IMG/VR virus record: IMGVR_UViG_3300038520_001354
Span: 30,644 to 94,643 of that record
Strand: one strand, 5' to 3'
Origin: a virus
Lineage: Duplodnaviria; Caudoviricetes
Length of the DNA stretch: 64,000 bases
Both the position numbers and the translations under genes were made by a program. Position 1 is the first letter of the stretch. The number at the start of each line of letters is the position of its first letter. Of this stretch, positions 32,198 to 42,673 are shown in pieces. Under the pieces are notes generated by a model. That model saw only the letters and a program-made list of their open reading frames with translations, was not told the DNA's origin and ran no database searches.

Positions 32198-33415
32198 TCA
32201 AAACCAATCGAAATCTTCTTCAACAGGTTGAGATACTTCAACGGCTGAACCGTGTTTAATTACACAGAATAGACCCGTTGTGTTAATTGTTACAGGTTCA
32301 ACTTCACCATCAATTGTTCTTTGGCTTGTTCGGCCAACAACAATAACAGAAGAACCAATACCAAAGTCAAGGGTTAAATGACTTGGAATCCAACAAGTAG
32401 TTATTCCCGAATCATTATCATAATCCATTTCTGCATTCAAATCAGTTAGATTAATAATACGATTACCGTTCTTTGTTGGAGTCATATTCATATTACAAAC
32501 TGTTCCATCTGTAATAACAAATCTTTCCTTTGAAGGAAGTCCTTGTCTTTGAATATGTGCTTTATCCATATCAACCAATGGAACTAAGTGAGATGCAAAG
32601 TTATTTCTCAAACAATCTTCAAAATCAAAGTTTGACATATCACGATACAATTCACTTTCTGGACTCATATCAGCATTCATAGTTAAACTATTTACTGTTA
32701 AATCCTTAGCACCATAAAGGTCAGTTCCATTATCATTTGCTACACAAAGGAAATGACACCATTCAAAAGTATTTGGTGCAAAGTCCACTCCACCTTGATT
32801 CTTATATGAGAAATAATAAGACTTCATCTCTCCTGTTCCAATAGAACCAAAGAATATACCATTTCTTCTCATTTGTTCAGCAGGTAATGGCTTACCGTAA
32901 TTGTTGTTTTTGCCACCATTCATATATGTTGGTGTATTATCTAATGGAATAAAGAAACTACCATCTTCTGTTTCTTCTGCACCTGAAGGTAAAGTGGAAA
33001 TAGTCTTTTCATCGTATTCACCGTGATGATAACGAGAAACTACCCATTTACCCAAAGCATTTTGATTTGCTACTGCAACAATTCCTTTTTCAAGAGCATT
33101 GTCAGCATCACGCTTAAATTCTTCTTTTGCTTGCATTCTATTCCAAGCCATCATATCTCTTGGTGCATCTAAAGCAACAAAGAATCCAAATGCCGACTTA
33201 TAGTAAGAATCATTACCACCACTAGAAGAATCGCCGCTTTCTTGGCTTCTTCTTGCATTAGCAACAAAGTTTCTCCAAAGTCCTTTAGCAATAGGATTTG
33301 TTGTTTCTATTCCATTTTCTGAACAAATTTCTTCAAACTTGTTCATCGCTTCTTCAACGCTCAAATTAATATATTGTGCGCTCTTTTCTATTTCAGCCTT
33401 TAAATTTTCATTCAT
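32198..33415 (-). CDS. Putative RPA-like single-stranded DNA-binding protein
   Basis: C-terminal OB-fold-like segment (ITDGTV...INLTD...FGIGSSVIVVGRT) and acidic/aromatic tail EEDFDWF. Confidence 0.55.
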   Translation of the reverse strand: MNENLKAEIEKSAQYINLSVEEAMNKFEEICSENGIETTNPIAKGLWRNFVANARRSQESGDSSSGGNDSYYKSAFGFFVALDAPRDMMAWNRMQAKEEFKRDADNALEKGIVAVANQNALGKWVVSRYHHGEYDEKTISTLPSGAEETEDGSFFIPLDNTPTYMNGGKNNNYGKPLPAEQMRRNGIFFGSIGTGEMKSYYFSYKNQGGVDFAPNTFEWCHFLCVANDNGTDLYGAKDLTVNSLTMNADMSPESELYRDMSNFDFEDCLRNNFASHLVPLVDMDKAHIQRQGLPSKERFVITDGTVCNMNMTPTKNGNRIINLTDLNAEMDYDNDSGITTCWIPSHLTLDFGIGSSVIVVGRTSQRTIDGEVEPVTINTTGLFCVIKHGSAVEVSQPVEEDFDWF

Positions 33416-33445
33416 ATTTTTCGCCTCTTTTTCTTTTATTCAAGT

Positions 33446-34354
33446 CTATGATAGTTGTCCTATTAACCATGAGGCTAATACTTTAGGAGTCATAGTGGTT
33501 GAACGCCATTCGCTTTCTCCTATTGTTCTCAGGAATTTAAATTTAGTGTTACTATCTAATTCAGAATTAATAACAGCATCATGTAATCCAATACAGATTT
33601 CACGAATGGATAATCCTTCGTGTAGTAAATCATGTATTGCGCTTAATTGAGTTCCATTTTTATTAACAATCTTCATTAGTAATCTTTTGTATTGGTTTAA
33701 GCCATACTCTATTTGTTTTTTGAGGGTGGAATTGCTAAAGTTAGCCGCTTGAAGTTCCGTAATCGCCCTCCGCATATCACCATTCAATGAGTATATAAAG
33801 GAGTGCAACTCTTCTTGCGTAAATCGAGTTATTTCTTCACCCTTGAGAATTGTTGTTAATAGTTCTAACATATCTTCATTAGAAACCGGCTTGAAATGAT
33901 AGTTTGCACAACGACTTTGAAGTGCAAAGATAATCTTGTTTCTATCATTACAAGTGATAATAAATCTAATATTGTTAGCATATCTCTCCATTATTCTCTT
34001 TAATGCGTTTTGAGCATCAGTAGTCATACCATCCATTTCATCAAGTAATACTATTCTAAATGGCGCACCACCCATTGTTCCACTTTGCGCTATTTGTTTA
34101 ATAGTGGTTCTAACAGTCTCTAATCTTCTATCATCAGAAGCATTCACTTCAACATAATTATCTGAAAAGGTATCTTTTAGAATTTCTTTAGATATAACTA
34201 AACCTGCACTTGTTTTACCATTTCCGGGATTCCCATACAATAACAAATTAGGTATATTATTTTCTTCAATCCAACCTTTAGCATCCATAACAAAATGTTC
34301 TTGTCCAATAATATCGCTTAATTTATTTGGTCTATATTTTTCAGTCCATAGCAT
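33446..34354 (-). CDS. rfcS: Replication factor C small subunit
   Basis: WTEKYRP, GNPGNGKT, NASDDR, LDEMD, LQSRC, GDMR. Confidence 0.9.
   Translation of the reverse strand: MLWTEKYRPNKLSDIIGQEHFVMDAKGWIEENNIPNLLLYGNPGNGKTSAGLVISKEILKDTFSDNYVEVNASDDRRLETVRTTIKQIAQSGTMGGAPFRIVLLDEMDGMTTDAQNALKRIMERYANNIRFIITCNDRNKIIFALQSRCANYHFKPVSNEDMLELLTTILKGEEITRFTQEELHSFIYSLNGDMRRAITELQAANFSNSTLKKQIEYGLNQYKRLLMKIVNKNGTQLSAIHDLLHEGLSIREICIGLHDAVINSELDSNTKFKFLRTIGESEWRSTTMTPKVLASWLIGQLS
33791..33807 (-). promoter_or_regulatory. Conserved promoter-like motif TGCACTCCTTTATATAC (inside rfcS)
   Basis: 16/17 match to the copies at 51095 and 59048. Confidence 0.45.
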
Positions 34355-34565
34355 ATTTATTCCTCCAAACTGTTGCATGTTTCTTAATTGGGTTTTTGAC
34401 TTTTTCAAAAGTTTTATGTTTTGACATTAAACCTGCTACTTGCATTCTGCTTACATTTCTTGCTGATTTACCTTCTTCTTGCAATCTTGTAACTATTTCA
34501 TTAACTATTAATTCATCCTTTCCCATTACTTTTATTATTTTATTTACTAACCATTCTTGTGCCAT
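34341..34565 (-). CDS. Small putative winged-helix protein
   Basis: 74 aa, GAGGTGA RBS. Confidence 0.45.
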   Translation of the reverse strand: MAQEWLVNKIIKVMGKDELIVNEIVTRLQEEGKSARNVSRMQVAGLMSKHKTFEKVKNPIKKHATVWRNKYAMD

Positions 34566-34569
34566 ATAA

Positions 34570-35400
34570 TCACCTCATAAAATCTTCTAATGAAGATTGC
34601 TGAACCCTAATTGGGTCAGTCTTTTTCTTTCTTTTCTTTTCGCCAATCTTTAATAATCGACATTCTGTATTATTTAATTTCTTTTTAGCGTGTTGTTTAA
34701 ATGCTTCATCTTTCAATAAAGCAGGAAGAAGATTTGGATTCTTTACTCCAAGCCTTCTTGATAACTTAGGTAATTGTGAATACGCCCTTCTTTTTGGCAT
34801 ATTTATTTTACCATAAAAATCACCTTGATAAGCAAAGGATAACATTTCATAAAAATACCTTTGACTCCATCTTCTTTTAACTACTCCATCAACAAAAATT
34901 AATCTGTTAGGATTCATGTTTTCAATAAGCCAAGATAATATTTGTGTATCTGCCGGTTTATTGAAGAGTAGTAGTTTTGCCACTAAATCTCTATCTTTTT
35001 CTTTTAGATAAGTATTCATTAGCGAATAGGTGTCTCTCTCAAACGAAAGAGGGGATTCGCTATGTGGCGCAATTTTCTTAATTGATTCTTGTAAATGATT
35101 AAAAGAACCTGCTCTTTTAATCTTACACATATCAAATATTTCTTTTGGAACAGACTTTTGATTAATTGAAGTCAATACAACCTTTCCTTTGTAATGTCTA
35201 ATTATATTAAGAATTGCAGACTTATCGGGTTTATAATGCACATCTTCGATAACGATACCATTCTCCACAGGAAATGAACCCACATCGAAATCAATATCAT
35301 TCGCATATAAAATAATAGGATTATTTACGAATGTAAGTGCTTTTGTTGACTTTCCTGTTCCTACTTTACCTGTTATTAATATTGCTCTATTGTCACTCAT
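34570..35400 (-). CDS. Short RFC large-subunit-like ATPase
   Basis: ILITGKVGTGKST, IVIEDV, C-terminal PIP box QQSSLEDF; next to rfcS. Confidence 0.65.
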   Translation of the reverse strand: MSDNRAILITGKVGTGKSTKALTFVNNPIILYANDIDFDVGSFPVENGIVIEDVHYKPDKSAILNIIRHYKGKVVLTSINQKSVPKEIFDMCKIKRAGSFNHLQESIKKIAPHSESPLSFERDTYSLMNTYLKEKDRDLVAKLLLFNKPADTQILSWLIENMNPNRLIFVDGVVKRRWSQRYFYEMLSFAYQGDFYGKINMPKRRAYSQLPKLSRRLGVKNPNLLPALLKDEAFKQHAKKKLNNTECRLLKIGEKKRKKKTDPIRVQQSSLEDFMR

Positions 35401-35414
35401 ATTGGTTAATCCCA

Positions 35415-35810
35415 TTAAATTACCCCTTTTAATTCAAATATTCTATCTAGTCCTTCGCTAGTTTTATGTTTATTCTCTGAAAGTAAATCAACTACTTCTC
35501 TAAATACTAACCATTCGCCTTTTGCATCTGGTAGTGTTGGAACTAATTTACATATTTTGTATAGATTCTTAATACCGCCTATTTTAAGAACAGGTTTAGG
35601 TCGTGTTTTACTTTCTTTTTCTTTGAAAGAGGAAGTAATTTGGTGTTGTTCAAGTGAACGCTTTACACCATTCAAGAAATCTTCATCTGCTCTTAATACT
35701 AGTTTAAGTTTAATTCTATAACCTATGTATGAATCATTGGCTCTTTCAATATGAAAATCCATTTTAGAAGAACCTAAAAGAATACCAATCAACATATCTT
35801 TACTATACAT
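35415..35810 (-). CDS. LAGLIDADG-fold protein (probably degenerate)
   Basis: LIGILLGSS helix, GYRIKLKL, HKTSEGLDRIFELK tail typical of single-motif LAGLIDADG proteins. Confidence 0.6.
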   Translation of the reverse strand: MYSKDMLIGILLGSSKMDFHIERANDSYIGYRIKLKLVLRADEDFLNGVKRSLEQHQITSSFKEKESKTRPKPVLKIGGIKNLYKICKLVPTLPDAKGEWLVFREVVDLLSENKHKTSEGLDRIFELKGVI

Positions 35811-35815
35811 AGGTA

Positions 35816-36259
35816 TCAATCCTGCATATACTTTTTGTTTTCTTTCCAATAGCCATCGGGAAGGGAGTTTGTTTCTAACCAAAATATATGTCCTGCATCT
35901 ATTCGATTATCTCCTTTACGAATAGCATTCTGTTCTGCATTTGAAATTAGATTACAAATAGCCGTCTCAACCCATTCACTTAGAAAATACTTTGCTTCAT
36001 TAGAAACAACTAAGTCAGTGTTCTCTTTAATGAGTTTAGTTACATTAATTTTAGTGGTTCTAGGTGGAGGCTTATATTCTGGTTTTTCCGGTATAATTAA
36101 TTGACCATCTTGAATATAGGGACAATACTTCTGTAATACTTTTTTAGGTCTGCCTTGCTCATGTAATATATTTTTTAAATGAGCATAACCTTCACTATCT
36201 ATCTGAATACATCTGTAAGTAACTGTATCAATAATAGTCATTTCACCTTGCTGAATCAA
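35816..36259 (-). CDS. Protein with C-terminal archaeal histone fold
   Basis: VTKLIKENTDLVVSNEAKYFLSEWVE...AEQNAIRKGDNRIDAGHI follows the HMf pattern. Confidence 0.65.
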   Translation of the reverse strand: MIQQGEMTIIDTVTYRCIQIDSEGYAHLKNILHEQGRPKKVLQKYCPYIQDGQLIIPEKPEYKPPPRTTKINVTKLIKENTDLVVSNEAKYFLSEWVETAICNLISNAEQNAIRKGDNRIDAGHIFWLETNSLPDGYWKENKKYMQD

Positions 36260-36621
36260 TCAAATTCCTCCTTTGCTTGTGTAAGAATGGCTTCAACTAA
36301 TTCAAGAGACTTACCTTTCTGTAAGAAATCTAAAGCAGTAATTAGAATCTGTTGCATTCTCTCGCCTTTTTTATCCTTTTTAATTCCAATCCAACCACCC
36401 ATTTTGGTTTTAGCATCTTTTAGTTTGTAATTAGAATCCTCATGTAAATTAAATCTTCTTTGATACAATCCTTCTAATTGTTTTAGAATAACTTTTGTCT
36501 TAATATTACACATTTTAATGTGATTATTAACTTGATTCATACTCATATCACTAATTTTAAGTGATTTACCAAAACAGTCTGTTAAATATTTTGTATTCCA
36601 ACCGGCACTCTCTTTATTCAT
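36256..36621 (-). CDS. Hypothetical protein
   Basis: 121-aa coupled ORF. Confidence 0.5.
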   Translation of the reverse strand: MNKESAGWNTKYLTDCFGKSLKISDMSMNQVNNHIKMCNIKTKVILKQLEGLYQRRFNLHEDSNYKLKDAKTKMGGWIGIKKDKKGERMQQILITALDFLQKGKSLELVEAILTQAKEEFD

Positions 36622-38153
36622 TCTAATCTCTCCACATCTTCTAAGGTATTAATATCCACAACAAACTTATCGTCACGAATACGGACACATCTAGGAAACC
36701 TTAAACCTAAATTGCCTTTTTCATCTCTTGAAACTAAATCAGCCTTTACTTCTAAAATAACAACAGGTGAAACAAAGAATCTTCCATCATCGAAATTTTC
36801 AACATTTCTTCTTAGTGTATTAGTTAAACTAACTAAATCTTCATCAGAAAAGCCACTACCACACCAGCCGACTGAATGATAACCATTATTAGCCTTCACT
36901 CCTAATTCAAAAGTGCCGAAAACATTGGCTCTCTTTCCTTCTCCGTATTTGGCTGAGAGAATAACTACATCAAGATTAATCAAAGGAGGTTTGTATTTAG
37001 CCCAAGATTTGCTTCTTTTGCCAGCATCATAAGGAACGGTTGCATCTTTAACAATGATTCCTTCAAACCCTTCATTAATAGCATCATTATAAAAGGCCAT
37101 TATGTCTCCTTCTGTAATTCTATGGGCTTGATTTGGCAAATCTTTCATCTTCTCAAGTCTTTCACGATAAGAAATGTCCATTATTGTTTCATCATTTAGC
37201 AAAAGACAATCAAAAATGACCCATTTTACCTTGACTCTTTCCATAGCCTCTTGAATATTCTTTGAATGAACCCTTGTTCCCATTTGTTTATGAGGTGCAG
37301 GTGCGCCATTTTCTAAGATAGGATAGATTTCACCATCTAAAATAGCATTTTTTACACCATAGCCTTGAACAATTTCAACAACATCGGGAAATTGATGAGT
37401 TACTATCTTTCCCTTCCGGTTGAAAATCATAGTTTTGTTACCGTCAATATGAATTTGATACCTGTTACCATCATATTTGTAATCAACAACAAAGTCCTTC
37501 GGCCACTTATTCATCGGTATTTCCTTAGCAAGCATAGGAGATACAAACTTCCCGTATGTTAAATTACACGGAGGTTCAGCATCTCTATCATAATAAGAAC
37601 AAGTTGTATGAACATTGTTAAAATTCAAATGTTTCTTTACTTCTGATAACTTCTTACCATAATGTCTAGCCATAATCTTTGCAACTGTTCCTTGATTAAT
37701 ACCATTGCGAGGTGTTCTCAAAAGGTATCGAATAAACCAGCGTCTTTCATTTGCTGACATATTTTCTATAAGAGCCTCAACATTTCTAAATGCTTGAGAA
37801 TCTAATTTACCGCAATCTGATTCTAAAGCCATTTTTACACTAAGAAGCCCTGCTTCTATTTCTGTTTCTGCCGAAATATCAAGATAATAAATTGCTTCTC
37901 CTAAATCATTATGAGCCGCCATTAATCCATCAATTTCATCATCAAAAACATCAAAGATTTTAGCCATCCACTTTTTCGCTTTTGCTAATCCTAAATTATT
38001 AGCCTCAAGATTATCTTTATCTAATAAAGATAATACCAATCCTTTACTCTTAAATTCATCAAGACTTCTTGATATTAATGCAACTTGTTGCGTTTGAATT
38101 AATTGGTCTGTTGCTTCAAGCATCCTCGTCATTTTCGCCCATGTCATTTTCAT
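36618..38153 (-). CDS. lig: ATP-dependent DNA ligase
   Basis: KYDGNR, LDGE, FDCL, EGIIVK, WAKYK, LRFPR. Confidence 0.95.
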   Translation of the reverse strand: MKMTWAKMTRMLEATDQLIQTQQVALISRSLDEFKSKGLVLSLLDKDNLEANNLGLAKAKKWMAKIFDVFDDEIDGLMAAHNDLGEAIYYLDISAETEIEAGLLSVKMALESDCGKLDSQAFRNVEALIENMSANERRWFIRYLLRTPRNGINQGTVAKIMARHYGKKLSEVKKHLNFNNVHTTCSYYDRDAEPPCNLTYGKFVSPMLAKEIPMNKWPKDFVVDYKYDGNRYQIHIDGNKTMIFNRKGKIVTHQFPDVVEIVQGYGVKNAILDGEIYPILENGAPAPHKQMGTRVHSKNIQEAMERVKVKWVIFDCLLLNDETIMDISYRERLEKMKDLPNQAHRITEGDIMAFYNDAINEGFEGIIVKDATVPYDAGKRSKSWAKYKPPLINLDVVILSAKYGEGKRANVFGTFELGVKANNGYHSVGWCGSGFSDEDLVSLTNTLRRNVENFDDGRFFVSPVVILEVKADLVSRDEKGNLGLRFPRCVRIRDDKFVVDINTLEDVERLE

Positions 38154-38520
38154 TCACTTCCTTATTTTTATTCGGGGTATCTAATACAGATAATAGTCTT
38201 ACAAAGTTAGCCATAATTTGTTGAACAACATTTACTTCTTCCATATCGCCTCTTTCTATAAAACGATGTAACATATGAATAAAAGAGGCTTGGGTTATAG
38301 CAGGTGCTAATCTTGCAAGGTCGTTATTAGAATAGATTTCCCAATAACATACAAATGAAGCCCTAACTAAATAATTAGCATTTACACAATCATTATAACC
38401 TACATTAAAATGTTCTAATGCTGCTTCATTCTTTCGCCTCTTTAGTTTTATTTTTTGCTGCTTTGCCCATTCATCAAACTTTTTATTATTTACTGTAATC
38501 ATGTATAGTTTATTATTCAT
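38116..38520 (-). CDS. Hypothetical protein
   Basis: 134-aa ORF. Confidence 0.5.
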   Translation of the reverse strand: MNNKLYMITVNNKKFDEWAKQQKIKLKRRKNEAALEHFNVGYNDCVNANYLVRASFVCYWEIYSNNDLARLAPAITQASFIHMLHRFIERGDMEEVNVVQQIMANFVRLLSVLDTPNKNKEVNENDMGENDEDA

Positions 38521-38643
38521 TCTAATACACCGCCTGCTTTTTCCCTTTGTTCTGCTTCAAGACGCATTACTTCTTCTATTTGTTCCCATTGATTAAACAC
38601 TTCATTGTGTTCGTTTCGCAACCAATTTACTAATTCATCATAT

Positions 38644-38907
38644 TTATTCATTCTTTTCACCATCCATAAACTCTCTCATGGCCTGATAAAACTTACCAAA
38701 TGCTAAATCAATATGTTCTTTTTGAACCCTGCATCCTCTTCCGCCTTTTGGTGGAACAGTCATTTGTTCTTCGACATATACTGCAAATAAATCAATTATC
38801 TTTCCAGCCGAAACAATAAATCTCGGAACTGCGCCCATACCATATTGTCTTTCTTCATTTGCGCTTCTCAAACTTTTCTTTGCTTGAACTTCACTAATTC
38901 TCTTCAT
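38644..38907 (-). CDS. Divergent histone-fold-like protein
   Basis: 87 aa; RISEVQAKKSLR and RVQKEHIDLAF resemble histone-fold helix 1 and L2/helix 3. Confidence 0.4.
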   Translation of the reverse strand: MKRISEVQAKKSLRSANEERQYGMGAVPRFIVSAGKIIDLFAVYVEEQMTVPPKGGRGCRVQKEHIDLAFGKFYQAMREFMDGEKNE

Positions 38908-39112
38908 CTATCTCTCTCCTTAATATACTTAATAATAATTTTGCTTCTTCCATATTCAAACGAATACCTTTGTTTGTTGGTTTATTATCTTTAAACCAAC
39001 GAATATCCAAGACTTCGATATTCCAATATTTACCCTTTTTAATTTTACATTCCATAAGAGCATCACGGACTATTGTTCCAATTACTTGTAATTCATCTGT
39101 CAATTCATCCAC
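38894..39112 (-). CDS. PC4/YdbC-like ssDNA-binding protein
   Basis: LDIRWF...PTNKGIRL. Confidence 0.7.
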   Translation of the reverse strand: MDELTDELQVIGTIVRDALMECKIKKGKYWNIEVLDIRWFKDNKPTNKGIRLNMEEAKLLLSILRREIDEEN

Positions 39113-39501
39113 CCCTGTCTGAACTTATCTAGTTCTTGTTTAGATGTAAAGTATCTTGGTGTATCTAACTTATTTAAACAATTGACTACCCAACAAACAC
39201 CACCTAAACTTGAAATTTGAACTACTTCATATTGGCCTCCATTAACTTCTATTACCTCAGAAGTATTAATTTCGGGAACTAAACCGTATTTCTTTGTTAT
39301 TTCTCTTGCGACTTCATGTATGTTTTCAACAACATACTTGATAATATGCGCCCTTTGAATTGGAATCTTCGGGGCAACATCTATTTTTAGTTCACCTGTC
39401 ATATTACAAACAACACATTTGTTTCCTTTACAAATAGGACAAATAACTCTTGATTTATGGGGTGCTGGTAAAGTTACTGTTATTGCTTTCTTTTTTCTCA
39501 A
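39100..39501 (-). CDS. Zinc-finger protein
   Basis: CPICKGNKCVVCNMTG. Confidence 0.5.
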   Translation of the reverse strand: MRKKKAITVTLPAPHKSRVICPICKGNKCVVCNMTGELKIDVAPKIPIQRAHIIKYVVENIHEVAREITKKYGLVPEINTSEVIEVNGGQYEVVQISSLGGVCWVVNCLNKLDTPRYFTSKQELDKFRQGWMN

Positions 39502-39846
39502 TTAAATCACCTCTTGAACATTTTGAACATACTGTGCATCCAAACGCTATTTGATAATTAGTCTGATAAAATGTTATTCCACATATTCTGCAATTCATTA
39601 CTTTTGCCTCCTTTCAACTTTTAAAGTTCCATCTTTGTTCTTAACTAGAATAGTCATAGAACCGTCTGCATAAACAATAGTCATTCTCACAATGTCTTTA
39701 TCATCAAGCATTTTTAACCCTCCACATTAGATTATTAAAACAATCAAAACAAATGTATTCTATTTTACCGTTAGAGTTCTTGCCACCATTAGTAAAATCA
39801 AAAACCATATCATGTTCATTCTCGTTACATTTTTCGCATATCATAT

Positions 39847-41337
39847 CTATTCCTCCAACAATACTGCAACATCAGTTGAATAAAACAAAGAAGCAATTGA
39901 CATAGCCGCAAGTAAACTATTCTTAGTTACCTTTACAGGGTCAAATACTCCATCTTCTTTAAGGTTACTAGTTTCACCTGTTAGTGCATTAAATCCATAC
40001 GGGTAATTAGCATTGTTATCACATACTAAATTACTATTTTCGTATAGAGTTATATATGGTGCTTGTAGTCCATCTATAAACCATTTAGGAAGATTACTTC
40101 TTATTTGTTGCATACATTCTATTAATGCTAATCCACCACCAACAACAATACCTTCTTCTAAAGCCGCTTTTGTTGCATTCAAAGCATCATCAAGTCTTTC
40201 TTTCTTTTCTCTCATTTCAATAGATGAAGATGCGCCAATCTTAATTGTAGCAACTCCGCCTTTTAATCTAGCAATTCTTGCTTTTAGTCTTGCTAATTCA
40301 TGTCCTTTTGTTTCCTCGGCAGTTTCCTTCAATGAAGTTATTCTTGAAGAAGTATCTCCTTCACCGCCAATAAATGTAGTGGTTTCTTTTGTAATAATAA
40401 CTTTAGAACAAGTTCCTAAATCTGTTTCAGTGAATAAGGTAATATCATCTTTACTTTCTTCAGCGAATACCTTTCCTCCTATTAGAGACTGAATATCACT
40501 TAACTCATCTAATTGAGCATCACCAAAGTTAGGTGCTAATACTACTGCACATTCCACCGTTTTATTTAGAAGATTCATAACTAAGTTATTAAGTGCTGAA
40601 CCATCCATACCTTTACAAAGAATCAACAGTGGCCTACTATGACTTGCTGAATATTCAAGTAAAGGCATAATATCCTTAAACTTTCTAATGTTCTTATTAG
40701 ACATTAATACAACAGGATTTGAAAACTCAACTTTACCGCTATCAGTATTACACATAAGATGACTCAAATAGCCTTCGGGTATTTCCATACCTTCTCTTAG
40801 AATCAATTGTGTTTGATAGTTATTAGATTCTTCAACAGTAACAATTCCATCACGGCCTACTTTAGAAAGTGCCGCTTGAATTAATTCACCTAAATTAGAA
40901 TCATTATTTGCAGCAATAGTCGCAACATTCATAATTTCATCATCAGAAACAGGTTCAGCAAGATTATCTAATGCGTTAATAATTTCTTCTCTAATTCTTT
41001 CTATGTCTTTATTAAATGTATGAACAGACATATTATCGAGTTTAGCAATATTATTACAAAATGCTTGTGCTAAAATACAAGCAGTTGTTGTTCCATCGCC
41101 ACTTCCCTCTTGTGCTTTACTTGCTAAGTTTTGAACCATTTGAACACCCATTTGAACATAAGGGTCTTCATGATTAATATACTTAGTAATAGTTACACCA
41201 TCATTAATTACAACAGGAGGATTACCTTGCAAAATAACTGTTTTTGCTTGTGGCCCTAATGTTGGTTTAACTGTATTTGCTACTAAATTAATTCCTTCTA
41301 ATAGTTTTTCTTTAACTTCTTTTCCATGTATAATCAT
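39847..41337 (-). CDS. groEL: Group I chaperonin GroEL
   Basis: TLGP, NDGVTI, GDGTTTA, KERLDDALNATKAALEEGIVVGGG, DPVKVT. Confidence 0.95.
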   Translation of the reverse strand: MIIHGKEVKEKLLEGINLVANTVKPTLGPQAKTVILQGNPPVVINDGVTITKYINHEDPYVQMGVQMVQNLASKAQEGSGDGTTTACILAQAFCNNIAKLDNMSVHTFNKDIERIREEIINALDNLAEPVSDDEIMNVATIAANNDSNLGELIQAALSKVGRDGIVTVEESNNYQTQLILREGMEIPEGYLSHLMCNTDSGKVEFSNPVVLMSNKNIRKFKDIMPLLEYSASHSRPLLILCKGMDGSALNNLVMNLLNKTVECAVVLAPNFGDAQLDELSDIQSLIGGKVFAEESKDDITLFTETDLGTCSKVIITKETTTFIGGEGDTSSRITSLKETAEETKGHELARLKARIARLKGGVATIKIGASSSIEMREKKERLDDALNATKAALEEGIVVGGGLALIECMQQIRSNLPKWFIDGLQAPYITLYENSNLVCDNNANYPYGFNALTGETSNLKEDGVFDPVKVTKNSLLAAMSIASLFYSTDVAVLLEE

Positions 41338-41343
41338 TCTTCT

Positions 41344-41924
41344 TCACCTGCTCTCTTCTGTCTTTACTGAATCTCTAAAATTATCTCCTTCGCTTATTGT
41401 TATATTTACATCTTTACCTGCTGAAATTTGTATATTACTATTTCCTGAAACCGTTTGGTTATTGTTTTCCATTTGTGATTTTAGTTTCTCAAATTCTTTT
41501 TTGAGGTCTTCATACAATTTTTTGTAATTCACTTTTTTCTTCTTCTCCTCATTAGAGATAAGACTTAGATGTAATTCTTTTAATTCTTCTGCAAAAGTTT
41601 TTTCTTTGGGCTTATTCTTAGTAGGAATTAATATTCTTCTGTTTTTATATAAAGTCATTTTTTAACACCTTTAAATTTATTATTTCTTGCTATTTGACAA
41701 CACACTCTAATTTTCTGGGTGGAATGTAAGTTCCAAAAATCACCATGTTGCCATTTGAATTTGTCTTCAACATATTGACATAATTCTTTTCTTGACATAT
41801 TCTCAAAATCAGTATCAATATCAATACCAAGAATCGGGCCTTTTTCATTCTTTAGAAAAGAATCTAAGAACACATAGACTTTACCCATCAAACTAATTGT
41901 TTTTCTAAGAGTCCATTGTATCAA
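41344..41924 (-). other. Two small hypothetical ORFs (41344..41658, 41655..41924)
   Basis: Coupled ORFs between groEL and the groES-like gene. Confidence 0.5.
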
Positions 41925-42139
41925 TTTAATACCCCCAACAAATCTTCTAAAGGAACAAATACATAATCTTCGTAAGTATTATGTCTGTGTCTATCATCAA
42001 ATAAAACTATTTTACCTTCTATTTCCGGCCATGCTGGACAAGAATGGACTAATCCTCTCCCATCTATTTTAACTTGAATACCAGAACTAGATTCTGAGTT
42101 TTCTAGTTTAATTGCTGCAAAATTACCTAATGCCCTCAT
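41921..42139 (-). CDS. groES: Co-chaperonin GroES-like protein
   Basis: MRALGNFAAIK...SSSGIQV...GKIVLF...EDLLGVL. Confidence 0.65.
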   Translation of the reverse strand: MRALGNFAAIKLENSESSSGIQVKIDGRGLVHSCPAWPEIEGKIVLFDDRHRHNTYEDYVFVPLEDLLGVLN

Positions 42140-42501
42140 TCTTCTTCGCCTCTAAAACCTGCTATACGAACCCATTCCTTTCTTGACAAATCATTTTCAT
42201 CAACAAAGGTATAAATATGTTCTTTGTAAAATTTAGTTAATTGCCTATCCCTAAATCCTTTCTTGCCCCAATAAACACCCTTTTGTTTACCTTTAGAGTT
42301 TTTATCGTTAGGGTGATTTAACAAATGTTGCCTTCTCTTTTCAGCAAGAGTTATACTGACCGTTGCTACTCTTTCTTCTCTAAGAAAACTTTTACCTCTA
42401 TCGTCTGTGTCTTGAACAAATCTTGAAGCCTTACTCATAGGTCTATCAGGATATTTTCTTACTGTTCTTGAACCGTTTTTAATTGTTCTCATTCTTGTCA
42501 T
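42136..42501 (-). CDS. Basic hypothetical protein
   Basis: 121-aa Arg/Lys-rich ORF. Confidence 0.5.
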   Translation of the reverse strand: MTRMRTIKNGSRTVRKYPDRPMSKASRFVQDTDDRGKSFLREERVATVSITLAEKRRQHLLNHPNDKNSKGKQKGVYWGKKGFRDRQLTKFYKEHIYTFVDENDLSRKEWVRIAGFRGEEE

Positions 42502-42673
42502 CTTTTATTCACCTTTCTTATTGTATTTGTTTTGACTAATTTTTGAATCGAAATAATTGTTGTCATTATTCCGTCAACCTTTAGAATAAGAGCATCCTTA
42601 TTCTCGTTGAATTGTAATTCAGTTACATCATCAATATACGGAGTTAACCAATTAATGACTTCCTTTTCCCAAG

